A stretch of DNA of 64,000 nt from Methanobacteriota archaeon (GTDB lineage Archaea; Halobacteriota; Bog-38; Methanoflorentales; Methanoflorentaceae): contig OY970393.1 of the NCBI GenBank assembly GCA_963720465.1, positions 608,001-672,000 of the forward strand. Direction: 5' to 3'. Under the pieces are notes generated by a model. The model saw only the letters and a list, made by a program, of their open reading frames with translations. It was not told the DNA's origin and did not search any database. The translations under genes and the position numbers were made by a program. Of the stretch, positions 10,055 to 20,826 are shown in pieces. Each line of letters begins with the position of its first letter. The stretch's first letter is position 1.

Positions 10055-10699
10055 ATGAAAGATCCGCTTCTAGAGCTCGCGCTTATTAACGCGGCGCAAC
10101 AACCTATCCAAGTATCAGCTGTTGAATTTGCTAAGAGGCTCAGAACCAGTCCGATGACGGCCTCGCGAAGACTGAAAGAACTCGAGGACGCAGGGTTGAT
10201 TGCACGAACGCTTTCAGGCAGATCACAAGCTATTACCATTACGGAGAAGGGATCCGGCGTACTAAAAGAGCAGTATTTGGCTTATAAGTCCATTTTCGAA
10301 TCAAAACCGGTGATCGAATTGAGCGGCACCATAGTATCAGGCTTGGGCGAGGGCCGGTACTACCTCTCGATCCGCGGCTACACAAAGCAGTTTGAAGAGC
10401 GTCTAGGGTTCATGCCTTATGCCGGCACGCTGAACGTAAAATTGGACGAAGAAAGCGCCGCAACTCGCGTGCGGCTGGACAACCTATCCCCCATCTATAT
10501 CTCAAGCTTCAAGACAAGTAACCGTACCTATGGCGGTATCAGGTGTTATAGGGCTTCGATTGGAGGCATCGACGGAGCCGTAATTGTGCCCGATCGCTCC
10601 CATTATAAGAACGACGTGATCGAAACCGTTGCTCGAGTTTCAATCAAACAGACTCTCAACACGGATAATGGCGATTTTATAGAGGTCGCGATAGTATGA
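10055..10699 (+). CDS. ribK: HTH-fused CTP-dependent riboflavin kinase (RbkR type)
   Basis: N-terminal HTH (TASRRLKELE), SGLGEGRYY and PYAGTLN motifs. Overlaps ribB. Confidence 0.9.
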   Translation: MKDPLLELALINAAQQPIQVSAVEFAKRLRTSPMTASRRLKELEDAGLIARTLSGRSQAITITEKGSGVLKEQYLAYKSIFESKPVIELSGTIVSGLGEGRYYLSIRGYTKQFEERLGFMPYAGTLNVKLDEESAATRVRLDNLSPIYISSFKTSNRTYGGIRCYRASIGGIDGAVIVPDRSHYKNDVIETVARVSIKQTLNTDNGDFIEVAIV

Positions 10700-11391
10700 G
10701 CGTAGCAGAAGCTATTAAGGCAGTTCGAAAAGGAGAAATGGTACTTATTTACGATTCAGAAGAGAGAGAAGGCGAGACGGACATGGTAGTGCCCGCCGTC
10801 TCGACGACGCCTAAACAGGTGGCGCGAATGCGCGTAGAGGCTGGAGGGCTGATCTGCGTTGCCATTTCTCCACAAGCTGCTGAAAGCCTGTGTCTGCCCT
10901 TCATGTCAGATATTTTAAAATTCGTTAGCTCAAATGGATGCAGCTTGAAGCTTGACTCGGTTTGCGAGAAGCCCGGTGATCTGGCTTATGATACGCGCTC
11001 CTCCTTTTCAATCGCTGTCAATCACAGGGGTGTTGGAACCGGGATAACTGACATAGATCGCGCACTTACGATTACCGAGCTTGGCTTCACTGTAGAGAAG
11101 GTGGCGCTTCATCTTCCAGTTGACTTCGGTGCAACTTTTCGGTCTCCTGGACACGTCCCGCTGCTTCGAGCAGCCCAGGGGTTGATTTCGGAACGAAGAG
11201 GACAAACAGAACTCTCAATAGCCTTAGCTGAGATGGCAGGCATTACCCCAGCTATGGCTATGTGCGAAATGCTCGATGCACAAAGCGGGAGAGCTCGTAC
11301 CAAGCGAGACTCGATCGACTACGCAACACGACACGAGCTTACGTTCGTGACTGGGCAGGCAATTGTCGACGTGTACGAGCGTTCGAACTAG
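10696..11391 (+). CDS. ribB: 3,4-dihydroxy-2-butanone-4-phosphate synthase
   Basis: YDSEEREGETD, TGITDIDRALT, FRSPGHV, RRGQTE and CEML motifs. Confidence 0.93.
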   Translation: MSVAEAIKAVRKGEMVLIYDSEEREGETDMVVPAVSTTPKQVARMRVEAGGLICVAISPQAAESLCLPFMSDILKFVSSNGCSLKLDSVCEKPGDLAYDTRSSFSIAVNHRGVGTGITDIDRALTITELGFTVEKVALHLPVDFGATFRSPGHVPLLRAAQGLISERRGQTELSIALAEMAGITPAMAMCEMLDAQSGRARTKRDSIDYATRHELTFVTGQAIVDVYERSN

Positions 11392-11637
11392 CCGCCTATT
11401 TGTGTAAGCGACTTGCAGAAACGAACTTCGCGCTATCCCAGCGCACCTCGAATCTTGCTCATTTTAACACGCTTTCGATGAGGCCGATTTGAGTTACTTC
11501 GTCAACGAGCATCTTGTGTCCACTGCTAACGAATTGGCTTAGCGACGGTTTTGTTTCCTCCTAGTGAAAAACGCACACCACAGCGCGTCGGCGAACGATA
11601 AGTACTCTCATCCGGTTCTTAAAGCGCGCGTGCAGTC

Positions 11638-12975
11638 TTACAAGGTGCTAAACACATAAGGACCGACCAGCAAGATCAAAAAAGAGGCAAGTATCACGAC
11701 TCCAAGCGTCGTCACAAGTGCGCTGGTGACCCGTTCTTGATCCTTGGGATTTCGCATGATTTTTTCGGTGACCGACTTGAAGAGCTCCCTGAATATGTGT
11801 CCGCCATCCAAGGGGACTGCAGGAAGGCAGTTGAAGAGCCCGACGTAGAAATTTAGCCACCCCACCCAGAGGAGCGTGTTTGCTATCCAAAAAAAGCCGT
11901 CCCCAAGCGGGGCAGCCCACCCGATAGGCTGGTAGAGGTGCGCTATATTGCCTGTAAAGCCGCCAAAAAAGAGCAAAGGCAGCCCTATAAGGACACCCCA
12001 CCCTTGAAAAGTGTTGAGGTTACTTGGGACCTGCCTGAGAAGAGTGAGGAGTTCTGAGGCAGACCCCCCTTGGATACCCAGAAACCCCTTGTCGGAGTTG
12101 GGATTCTTGTCTAAAACGATGCCGAAGCTCTTGGAGGTCCCCTGATTAATCACTTTCACTGTAACGATCTGCCCCGGATGGGTCGTGTTAATGAATGCTT
12201 GAAAGTCGTTAGCGTCAGAGATCGTAATGCCATCAATCTGAGAGATCGTCATTCCCGGTTGGATGCCCGCTCGTTCTGCCGGTGATCCAGACACAACCGC
12301 TACCACTCCAAGGCCGCCTGTTGCCGTAACAGATGACAGCACCGGGCCAAAAAATAGCGTGAGTGCGATGAGTGCTACCGCAAAGTTTCCTATTATGCCT
12401 GCGCTAAAAACCCTGAGCCGTTCTGGACGCGTAGCAATTTTTTGGCCTTGTTTGGCGTCTATCCCAAGCAGTTGCGATTCGTCAGGCTCTGCGAAAGCTC
12501 CGATCGGTATTAGCGCAATCAGCAGGCCGAGTGATTTCACTTTGATGTCGGCCACTCTGCTCAAGATTGCGTGCGAGAGCTCGTGAACCACGAGTGTGAC
12601 TATCAAGCCGATGAGTCCCCACGTTAACGGAATGAATTGATTTATTCCGGGAAGAAGCAATACGTTTTGTGGAGCGTTATAAGCGGTGGGCGCGGGCTGC
12701 GTGACTAAGATCCTGACGTCACCAACAATGAGGATGGCCAACATGAAGAACATGGCAATCACGGTCAAGGGAATGCCGATGTTGGCAAAAAACCTCCAGA
12801 ACCGTTTTGGGCGCGCTAACTTGTCAAGCAAACGCAAGCCGCGCGTTGTCCGGAGCATCAGAATAGGACCGTATGCGCTAATGCCGTTTCGCGCTAGAAT
12901 ACCTCGGCTGTTCAAGAATATCACGAGAAGCCAATAAGCTGCGAAAATAGCTAATGCAAGAGTATAATAATCCAA
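11638..12975 (-). CDS. Site-2 protease (M50) with PDZ domain
   Basis: HELSH, GAFAEPD, PDZ segment (GSPAERAGIQPG) and FNCLPAVPLDGG. Confidence 0.92.
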   Translation of the reverse strand: MDYYTLALAIFAAYWLLVIFLNSRGILARNGISAYGPILMLRTTRGLRLLDKLARPKRFWRFFANIGIPLTVIAMFFMLAILIVGDVRILVTQPAPTAYNAPQNVLLLPGINQFIPLTWGLIGLIVTLVVHELSHAILSRVADIKVKSLGLLIALIPIGAFAEPDESQLLGIDAKQGQKIATRPERLRVFSAGIIGNFAVALIALTLFFGPVLSSVTATGGLGVVAVVSGSPAERAGIQPGMTISQIDGITISDANDFQAFINTTHPGQIVTVKVINQGTSKSFGIVLDKNPNSDKGFLGIQGGSASELLTLLRQVPSNLNTFQGWGVLIGLPLLFFGGFTGNIAHLYQPIGWAAPLGDGFFWIANTLLWVGWLNFYVGLFNCLPAVPLDGGHIFRELFKSVTEKIMRNPKDQERVTSALVTTLGVVILASFLILLVGPYVFSTL

Positions 12976-12999
12976 GCGGCTTTCACCTTGACTGGTCTC

Positions 13000-13311
13000 A
13001 TGATGTTCTCTGACATATACGTAACTGCAGCAACTCTAAAGGAGGCAAAGGGCATCGCCCGCGCCATAGTCGAAGAAAAGCTAGGGGCTTGCGTGAACAT
13101 TTCCCCGATCAAGTCATTGTATAGATGGGAGGGTAACATCGAAGAAGACGAGGAGTATGCATTGTCGATTAAGACTAAGTCTTCACTAGTAGACAAGGTT
13201 GCTATTAGGGTACGACAGTTGCACAGCTACGAGAACCCGTGCATCATCTCTTTCGCGATAGAATCGGGATCACCAGCGTATCTCGACTGGATTTACGAAG
13301 AAACATTGTGA
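13000..13311 (+). CDS. cutA: Divalent cation tolerance protein CutA
   Basis: KLGACVNI, SLYRWEGNIE, LHSYENPCI and YLDW motifs. Confidence 0.92.
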   Translation: MMFSDIYVTAATLKEAKGIARAIVEEKLGACVNISPIKSLYRWEGNIEEDEEYALSIKTKSSLVDKVAIRVRQLHSYENPCIISFAIESGSPAYLDWIYEETL

Positions 13312-13478
13312 TCTGCAATTCGAGCGTCGCGCTCCAAAAGCAGGACTGGCTGACGGACTCGATAACGCTCCGCGTAGGTAGATACTTTGATCGACCATCG
13401 AGTACGGTAAAAGGTTCCGGCGAATGATGCGGCGAGCGCAATTGACTTAAAGAAACAGTTCTGCTTCCTGCATAAGAG

Positions 13479-14979
13479 ATGGAAGGAGCACACATTCACT
13501 GGGCGGACGTCGTTGCACACGCCGTTGAAGGACAGCAAGTCATAGCCACTGGAATAACCCCTTCTGGCAACATTCACGTCGGTAATATGCGCGAGGTGGT
13601 GACCGGTGACGCTATTTTCCGAGCTATTAGGGATGCCGAAAAAGCCGCTCGCCTTATATACATCGCTGATACGTACGACCCCCTTCGTACGGTCTACCCT
13701 TTCTTGCCCGCTGCGTACAAAAAAGTACGTCGGCATGCCGTTGTCAGAAATACCTGATCCTTTTGGCTGTTGTTCGAGCTACGCTGAGCACTATCTCAGG
13801 CCTTTCTCAGAATCGCTAGGTGAATTAGACATCGCTCTTGAAGTCTACCGAGCAGACAGGATGTACAAGGACGGACTCTATACAGAGGCGACGAAAATCG
13901 CGCTCGAACAGCACAATCTGATCGCCGACATAATTGAGCGCATTTCAAAGAGAAAACTACCGGCGGGGTGGAGTCCGTATAACCCGCTTTGCGAGCGCTG
14001 CCGGCGAATCAGCGCGGCACAAATCATTGAGCACGTTCCTGCGCGCACCGCTGTGCGGTATCGATGCGACTGCGGCGCCGAAGGAGTTGCTGATTACTCG
14101 AAGGGACAAGGCAAACTTGCATGGCGCGTCGACTGGCCAGCACGCTGGAAAATTCTAGGCGTGACTATTGAGCCCTTTGGCAAAGACCACGCCGTCGCAG
14201 GGGGCTCCTACGATACCGGCCAGCGTATCTCAAGAGCCGTGTACGGGTATGCCCCTCCTGTTCCAGTTCCTTATGGTCACATCCACCTCAAAGGACGTGG
14301 CAAGATGTCGAGCTCCAAAGGCGTGACCATCACCATTCAGGAGATGCTAGAGAGCGCGCCTGCCGATGTTTTGCGATATATGATTATAAAGACCAAGCCA
14401 GAGAAGCTCATCGATTTCGATCCGGGTCTAGGGCTATTGACGTTGGTTGATGAGTTTGACCGCGGCGAAGGTCGCGCTTTTGAGCTATCGCGAATCACTG
14501 AGGGGGAATGCAACGTGCCGTTCAGGCACATGGTGACGGCGGTTCAAATCGCGCACAACTGCGACGAGCTGGTAGAAGTTCTTAGTCGAAGCGGTTACGA
14601 AACTACCGATATGACTGCCCTAAGAAAAAGAGCGCGGAACGTAAGAAACTGGCTCGATCGTTTTGCGCCGCCGTTTGTGAAGTTTGAAGTTCAGCGCATA
14701 CTTCCAGTTCAAGTTAAAACGCTCACACATGGACAAAGAAAAGCATTAGAGAAGCTAGCGAAGGCACTTGAGACGGACAATAGCGATCCTGAATGGTTGC
14801 ACAATGAAGTCTACAACATTAGTGAACAAGTGGGGATTCACTCGAAAGAAGCGTTTAAAGCGATCTACATTTCGCTCCTGGCGAAAACGTCGGGGCCTCG
14901 GGCAGGGTGGTTTTTAGCTACACTCGATCCAGAATTCTTAATCGCCCGATTCAGAGAAGCAGCAGGCGATGTGAGTTAA
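13479..14979 (+). CDS. lysS: Class I lysyl-tRNA synthetase with a single-base frameshift at the A6 run 13719-13724
   Basis: HWAD and [12 protein letters not shown] are in one frame. [26 protein letters not shown] and KMSSSKG are in the next. Removing one A joins them. Confidence 0.9.
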
Positions 14980-14994
14980 CACGTTCAGACACGC

Positions 14995-16168
14995 CTAAAT
15001 CGCATCAAGCGCCTGTTCTAGGTCCGCCTTGATGTCCGCAACATCTTCAAGCCCAACAGACACGCGCAAGAAGTCATCCGTGATCCCGAGCATTTCTCTG
15101 TCTTCCTTGGGAATAACCGCATGAGTCATAAGTCCCGGATGCTCGATCAGAGTCGCTGTGTCGCCGAGACTCACCGCGACCGTACACAGTTTAAGGGTGT
15201 TCAAAAAAGTCACCGCTGAATCGACTCCTCCGCGAATCTTGAAAGCTAGCATTCCTCCAAAACCTGCCATTTGCTTCTTGAGATTGGGATTGCTCTCGAG
15301 GCATTGGTCAAATCCAGGGTAAAGAACCTGCTTAACCGCCTTATGCGCTTTCAAGAAAGCGGCGAGCTCAGTCGCGTTCTGAGAGTGCCGCTCCATCCTT
15401 AGTGCCAACGTGCGAAGTCCGCGCAGGATAAGAAAGGCGTTGAAGGGACTAAGTACGGCGCCCATATCGCGCAAGACCCCCTTTCTGATTGTGACTGCCT
15501 CTTCATAAGATGAGACAACTATCCCTCCTAATGCGTCGCCGTGCCCATTCAAGTATTTCGTCGCGCTATGCACGACAATATCGGCCCCCAGTTCGAGAGG
15601 TTTTTGATAATAAGGAGTTAGGAAGGTGTTGTCAACGATCGTTTTGACTCTATGTTCCGATGCGATTGCCGCGACCTTGCGAATGTCCACTAACTTCAGC
15701 GTTGGGTTAGCCGGGGTTTCAAAAAAAACAAGCTTCGTGTTGTCTTTTACGGCTTCGGCTACATTTTCAGGATTAGAGGTATCGACAAAGCTTACCTCGA
15801 AGCCGAGGCGCGGGGCGCCTTTTTTTAAGAGTTCATAGGTACTACCGTAGAGCACTGGATCAGCGATAAGATGGTCGCCACATTTGAGCAGGGTTAGCAT
15901 TATTGCCGAAACGGCCCCCATCCCACTGGCGAAACTGACCGCGGCATCGCCCCCCTCAAGGGCCGCCATCTTTAGTTCTAGCGTAGTAAGCGTGGGATTT
16001 GAAAGCCGGGAGTAGACGTCCTTTTCCGCGTTTTATTCCCGATGGAAGGATCTCGTCTATCGCGAAGCTCGACGTTTGGTAAATCGGCGGTGCTAGTGCC
16101 GAAGTGTCGGGAGATGGACGTTCTCCAGCATGCACTAACTTCGTATTGATACCGTACTCATAGTCCAC
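14995..16168 (-). CDS. Cys/Met metabolism PLP enzyme (methionine gamma-lyase-like) with a frameshift near 16021-16034
   Basis: TKLVHAGE...PPIYQTSSF, then shifted YSRLSNPT...FASGMGA, ETPANP, DNTF, HSATKYLNGHGD and AVSLGD. Confidence 0.85.
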
Positions 16169-16177
16169 AGGATACCC

Positions 16178-17038
16178 TCATATCAAAGGCCTTGGTTGCT
16201 TATCTTCTGGCAGGACCGGCAGTTTCATCGTGTTGATGAGAATCGGAGTCGTGACTTCCTTGGCTCTCTCGAGGAGAAGCTCCTTTCCCTTTTGCGACAA
16301 GGCGAACAGGGGCACCCCAGTACCAACTTGTGCGAGCGCCTTGTTGCCGACAGTTTCTCTGATCACGCGCGACGCACAGCCCGTAGTTATGTCCACCGCG
16401 TCAATGAAATCGCTCGCGACGTCCTGTTCCATTCCCGTTACGTGCACGCCGATGACAACTACGGTGGCGCCCGTTTCGCGCTCGATATGGCGACATTGCT
16501 GAGCGTCGGAGAGCGTCGCAACGGTGACCGCTACGCGTTCGAAACCAATTTCTATAGCGCGCGCAACGCCCAAAGGCTGATTAATAATGGCGTTTTTTCC
16601 GTCAAGCAGAATTCCTCCTTTTTCCTCGACTCGATTCTTCAGCTTCGGAATGAGAGTCGTTTCTATGACGCCGGAAATCCGCGCCCCAATGCCTTGCGTG
16701 AGAGCAGGATTGGATGTGATAACGGTGCCAACACCCTCACAAACCGAGACACTAGCGTCAATCAAACCCCGCCGGAGCCCAGTCATCATTACCTCAGACG
16801 CACCAAAGCCAACGAAGACTTCCATCTCGATAGCCCGCTCGCCTGTGCACATACCAAAATCGCGGATACGGAACTCGATATTCTGCTTTATTATCTCTTG
16901 ATTAATCTCTTCAATGCCGCGCGCCTTTGCAAAAATTGGACAGCGTTCGATTAACGGTTCTCCGACCTCGACCACGCGTCCGTCTTCGACCACGACGTAA
17001 GCTTTTCCCATAGCTTCCATAACGTGTCTGTCTTTCAT
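16178..17038 (-). CDS. Methanogenesis marker 8 protein (DUF2099)
   Basis: HVMEAMGKA, NIEFRIRDFGMCT, FGASE, CEGVGTV and GVHVTG...GCASR motifs. Confidence 0.85.
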   Translation of the reverse strand: MKDRHVMEAMGKAYVVVEDGRVVEVGEPLIERCPIFAKARGIEEINQEIIKQNIEFRIRDFGMCTGERAIEMEVFVGFGASEVMMTGLRRGLIDASVSVCEGVGTVITSNPALTQGIGARISGVIETTLIPKLKNRVEEKGGILLDGKNAIINQPLGVARAIEIGFERVAVTVATLSDAQQCRHIERETGATVVVIGVHVTGMEQDVASDFIDAVDITTGCASRVIRETVGNKALAQVGTGVPLFALSQKGKELLLERAKEVTTPILINTMKLPVLPEDKQPRPLI

Positions 17039-17114
17039 TGCCTAACTCTTGCGAACCAAGATTGATAGACTTAACGATGACGTCGGCGGAGGCCTACATA
17101 GAACGTCGGGAGCT

Positions 17115-17912
17115 TTATCCCCTTTTGTTTGGGCCAGTAGCTACGTTCACATAGCTGGCAATCAGGGGAACGTCAGCGTTATTGTCTTCAAGGTGTGCCC
17201 ATTTTTCGACGTGGATAGGATGGTCGGAGGTCACAAGGATCAACGTAGGCCGGCACAAGCCGCGACAGATCCGCTCGAAATTCTCATCAATCGTTCTGGC
17301 CGAAAAGGTGAAATCATCCCACGCTTTCGCGTAATGGTGTGCGCAATTATCTATTGCCCGTAGATGTATCATAAGTAACCTTATTCCTTCCAAACTGAAC
17401 GCCTTAAGTGCCAAATCGGTTATCCTTCGGTCGTAGTCAATAATACCGTGAAGGTTTTCGACACCAATGGCGAGATCGACTCGATTCAACATCGCCTTAG
17501 CCCCGAGCAGTTCTATCACTATTCCAGACTTGATTCCGTTATCGCTTGCAATCTCAAGAATCGATCTCACTGGTGTATAGAAGGTGTCAGCTACTTCATA
17601 CAGACGATGATGCTCCGGAGCATAACCCGTCAAGATAGTGCCGATATTTGGAGTCGTTATCCTAGGAGGCAACGAATCGATCTCAAAAAAGAGACCATCG
17701 TCCGAGAGAGCCTGTAACTGCGCCAGAGCGCCGTCCAATTTCTCATATAATGCAGCCCCGACACCATCTACTACTATGAGCAGTATTTGATCAATGCTCT
17801 TGTCCGCGCAGTACGCTCCGATCTCTTTGATCTCGCGCCCGTCTTTGTCGGGGATCTCGAATCCTAACAGCGAGCTTATGGTCGGGGCGATGTCCAACTG
17901 CGTATACTTCAT
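17115..17912 (-). CDS. Alkaline phosphatase/NPP-superfamily protein, circularly permuted
   Basis: LIVVDG, PRITTPNIGTILTG.PEHH, DNCAH and TSDH motifs. The DIAPT motif is at the N-terminus. Confidence 0.72.
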   Translation of the reverse strand: MKYTQLDIAPTISSLLGFEIPDKDGREIKEIGAYCADKSIDQILLIVVDGVGAALYEKLDGALAQLQALSDDGLFFEIDSLPPRITTPNIGTILTGYAPEHHRLYEVADTFYTPVRSILEIASDNGIKSGIVIELLGAKAMLNRVDLAIGVENLHGIIDYDRRITDLALKAFSLEGIRLLMIHLRAIDNCAHHYAKAWDDFTFSARTIDENFERICRGLCRPTLILVTSDHPIHVEKWAHLEDNNADVPLIASYVNVATGPNKRG

Positions 17913-18352
17913 TTTTCTACTTCATCCGGCGGCGTAATCTTGGACGATATTAAACTATCGGACTCGTTACTCGGAAGCCGCCAAATGCCTTGGCGCTATT
18001 CTCAGGCGAGACTCTGCTGAGCTGCTCGCCGAATGGTTCCTGCATACGGCGGTGCGCTTTTCCGAGAAGAACATCTTTCGAATAACTGACGAACAATCAT
18101 CGCGACTTTCGCTTCCTACCGACAGGTTCCTTAGCGGTATACCAGATCATCTCTATGGCGCTTTGATTCGGGGATTTTCAACGTTCTCGATCGACGCTTA
18201 CGTTGCTGTCGACTCGAAGTACGCCAGTAAGTCCATCTCGTTGAGCGTGATACAGTCCCACAAAGAAACGAAGCGCTCGCTTCGACCGCAGCGCAGGGGC
18301 GCGTTTCGCTTTCCGGGGGGCGTTTTTCGCGTATCAACGACTTTTTCCGAGA

Positions 18353-19453
18353 TTATTCGATCCCCCACAACTTGCGGTGAATTTCGCGAAGTTCCTCAGG
18401 CTTATCCTCGAGGCATAGCGGCGGCCTAAAAGATCCCATAACCCCCATTGCTTTGTCAGTTTTTCGGATCGACGCTTGTGGATCTTTTTCAGTCTCCGTG
18501 ATCGCCCTAATGCAATCAATATTGTCCAAAATTATGTCGGCCTCTTGATGAACAGCCTGCATATAGAATACCTCGTTGCCTACGACGTTAACGCTTTCTT
18601 CCCAAATCGGGATCTCCCAGAGGTCATAACGCGGCCTTCCTAGGTCTCTGCTTAACTCGATAATCTCCGCGGTAGAGCCTAGACCATCCCCAGCCCGCAC
18701 CAGCATCAGCCTCATGCGGCTATAAAACTCCTTGAGCACATCTTCTCGAGAGACGCTGTTTTCTACTTCGATCATTATGTTATGCTGATGCATAAGCGTT
18801 GTCGAGACGAGCACTGCCATGGTCGCGACGTTCCACTCCGGCATCACGGTATTCACGTCTGGGCCGTGGTGCGACGGAACCGTAGGCGGATTTGGAATAA
18901 TCGCGTTGATCGGCCCTTTCTTGACTTGAATAGGGTCAGCACCCCTACGAACCAGAACCACTCGCGCCTTCTTGATGCCAGCGACGTTATCTACCGCGGA
19001 CAGGGAGCGACACAATCCGGTCGTATTGCAGGATACCACCCGAACGTAATTCTTTCCAAGAGCTTCATGGTAGTTGCAATAGGCATTAAATGAGACTCCA
19101 ATTGCGTTATGTTTCTCCCCGCCTTCAAATATGGCCTTGATGCCTAACTTCTTATAGGTCGTTTGCAGGTTCTGCGCACCCATTCCTTCTGGGGTCGCGT
19201 CCACCACAACGTCAGCTTCGCCTAGCATGTCCATCGTCGTACCGGCGACCTCCAACCCTGCGGCATTAAAAGCTGCTATTTTGTCCTCTTCGGATGCATA
19301 GAGGTTGTAACCCTTCTGAATGGCGACAAAGGCTTCAAAATTTGGCCGCGTTTTTGCCACTCCGACTAGCTCCATGTCGTCCTGCTTGGCTACTGCGTCT
19401 GCAACCCGCTTACCGATGTTTCCATAACCATTTATTGCTACTTTTACGGCCAT
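18353..19453 (-). CDS. gap: Archaeal type II phosphorylating glyceraldehyde-3-phosphate dehydrogenase
   Basis: [31 protein letters not shown] and AVHQEAD motifs. Confidence 0.95.
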   Translation of the reverse strand: MAVKVAINGYGNIGKRVADAVAKQDDMELVGVAKTRPNFEAFVAIQKGYNLYASEEDKIAAFNAAGLEVAGTTMDMLGEADVVVDATPEGMGAQNLQTTYKKLGIKAIFEGGEKHNAIGVSFNAYCNYHEALGKNYVRVVSCNTTGLCRSLSAVDNVAGIKKARVVLVRRGADPIQVKKGPINAIIPNPPTVPSHHGPDVNTVMPEWNVATMAVLVSTTLMHQHNIMIEVENSVSREDVLKEFYSRMRLMLVRAGDGLGSTAEIIELSRDLGRPRYDLWEIPIWEESVNVVGNEVFYMQAVHQEADIILDNIDCIRAITETEKDPQASIRKTDKAMGVMGSFRPPLCLEDKPEELREIHRKLWGIE

Positions 19454-19602
19454 TTGCACCCCTCATTCCAGTTTTGCTTCGCTCAGACCGGATTAGTGCC
19501 GATCTTAACTTGTGGCATTAACTCCAGAAGTAATAAGTTTTGGGATTCATTTCAACGCTGCTGCCGCTATACGCTGGCATCCGCCGTAACCAAACTTCTC
19601 AT

Positions 19603-20757
19603 TCAACTGAACTGCGTCAGATTTGTCTGCGACAGCTGTTTTTTCAAAAAAAGAGTGTTGGCTGGAACTTTGACACGCGCCCGGACGTTTCGGAGGGCAT
19701 CAGCGATACTTTCAAAGATCAAGGGTTGTTGAGAGAAAGCCTCCTTGACGAGCTCTCGAATAACCCAGCTTCCGAGAGGGATATCATAAGTGGGTTTGAC
19801 TTCACGCATCACGTATATGGCTGCCTGCCTCCTTCGCTGCTCAAGAAACTCAAGCGCAGAGAATCGGGCTGCGTAATAGCCCCCATCCATATACCTGGGC
19901 TTGTTCATCGCATCTTCATACAAGTCGCCAATCTCGACCTTGCCGGCCTCTGAAAGCCACATTTCCGTCCATCCGAAAGCATACACGCGAGGAATAAGGA
20001 GGATCTCGAAGTGGTTTCCAAAAGCTTCTGAGAAAAACAGCTGAACCTCTGCGTTCTCCGGGTAACTGCGCACCCGTTTCAACAGACTGTTGCCCAGAAT
20101 GGAATCGGTTGCCGTGATAGACCAACGTGTTGGGACGATCAAGCGTTTTTCCCCCAACGTGCCGACCGACAGAAGCCGACTTATTTGATAGGGGGATATT
20201 GAGTTCTCGTACAAGATGGTTGCCGCCTCTGCGGCCTTGATGTCCCGATCCTCGGCAAGCATGTCCACTTTCTTAGGGACGTGCGGGTTCTCAACTATCT
20301 CTATGTCGGTCACAGTGCCAGACGGGCCCATAGGCGTGAGTATACTGTCAAAACGAAGCGTGCGCTTCGGCGGCGTCAAGAACTTTACCTCCACGTCGAC
20401 CGGAAGCGCGGCCATTGCAAGCTCCTGCGTCTCCTTAAGCAGTCGGTCAGGGTCTCGCGCATCTCGTACGTTCAACTTGAAATTGGATCGGACCAGATTC
20501 GACCTCAGCCCGATTATTTGCTCCCTGCTGAAGTGGAGCCACTTGTCTGGCGTATCCGCGAGTGCCACCTCCATATCTATAGGAGAGACCAACGGCCCCG
20601 TAAGAACTTCAGGGTAACCGAATCTTCCGACAAACGTGGAGGGCGGCGTGGCACCAAATAGATCCTTCTCTAATTTACCCAGCTTGAAGGAGTTCAACAG
20701 GAGCTCTTTTCGAGTTAGGTTTCCCGATGCAGTTCTCACAACAGACATTTTTGTCAC
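19603..20757 (-). CDS. Nre-family DNA repair protein (DUF650/651)
   Basis: PPSTFVGRFGYP, VPTRWSITATD and GGYYAAR motifs, with a C-terminal PIP-like QTNLTQF. Confidence 0.88.
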   Translation of the reverse strand: MTKMSVVRTASGNLTRKELLLNSFKLGKLEKDLFGATPPSTFVGRFGYPEVLTGPLVSPIDMEVALADTPDKWLHFSREQIIGLRSNLVRSNFKLNVRDARDPDRLLKETQELAMAALPVDVEVKFLTPPKRTLRFDSILTPMGPSGTVTDIEIVENPHVPKKVDMLAEDRDIKAAEAATILYENSISPYQISRLLSVGTLGEKRLIVPTRWSITATDSILGNSLLKRVRSYPENAEVQLFFSEAFGNHFEILLIPRVYAFGWTEMWLSEAGKVEIGDLYEDAMNKPRYMDGGYYAARFSALEFLEQRRRQAAIYVMREVKPTYDIPLGSWVIRELVKEAFSQQPLIFESIADALRNVRARVKVPANTLFLKKQLSQTNLTQFS

Positions 20758-20826
20758 TGAATGTTTATATATAAGGGGTGGCGAAGGGCGCTATGTCAGA
20801 CGAAATAACGCCCCCGTCAAGCGATT

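Noticed and set aside
16196-16954. 252-aa antisense ORF, and similar ones such as 45224-45961 and 63446-63979
   Set aside because: Shadow frames of well-supported genes with no family motifs.
17913-18352. 440-bp spacer with short ORFs on both strands
   Set aside because: No recognisable motif, repeat or RNA structure. It may be decayed sequence but I cannot support that.
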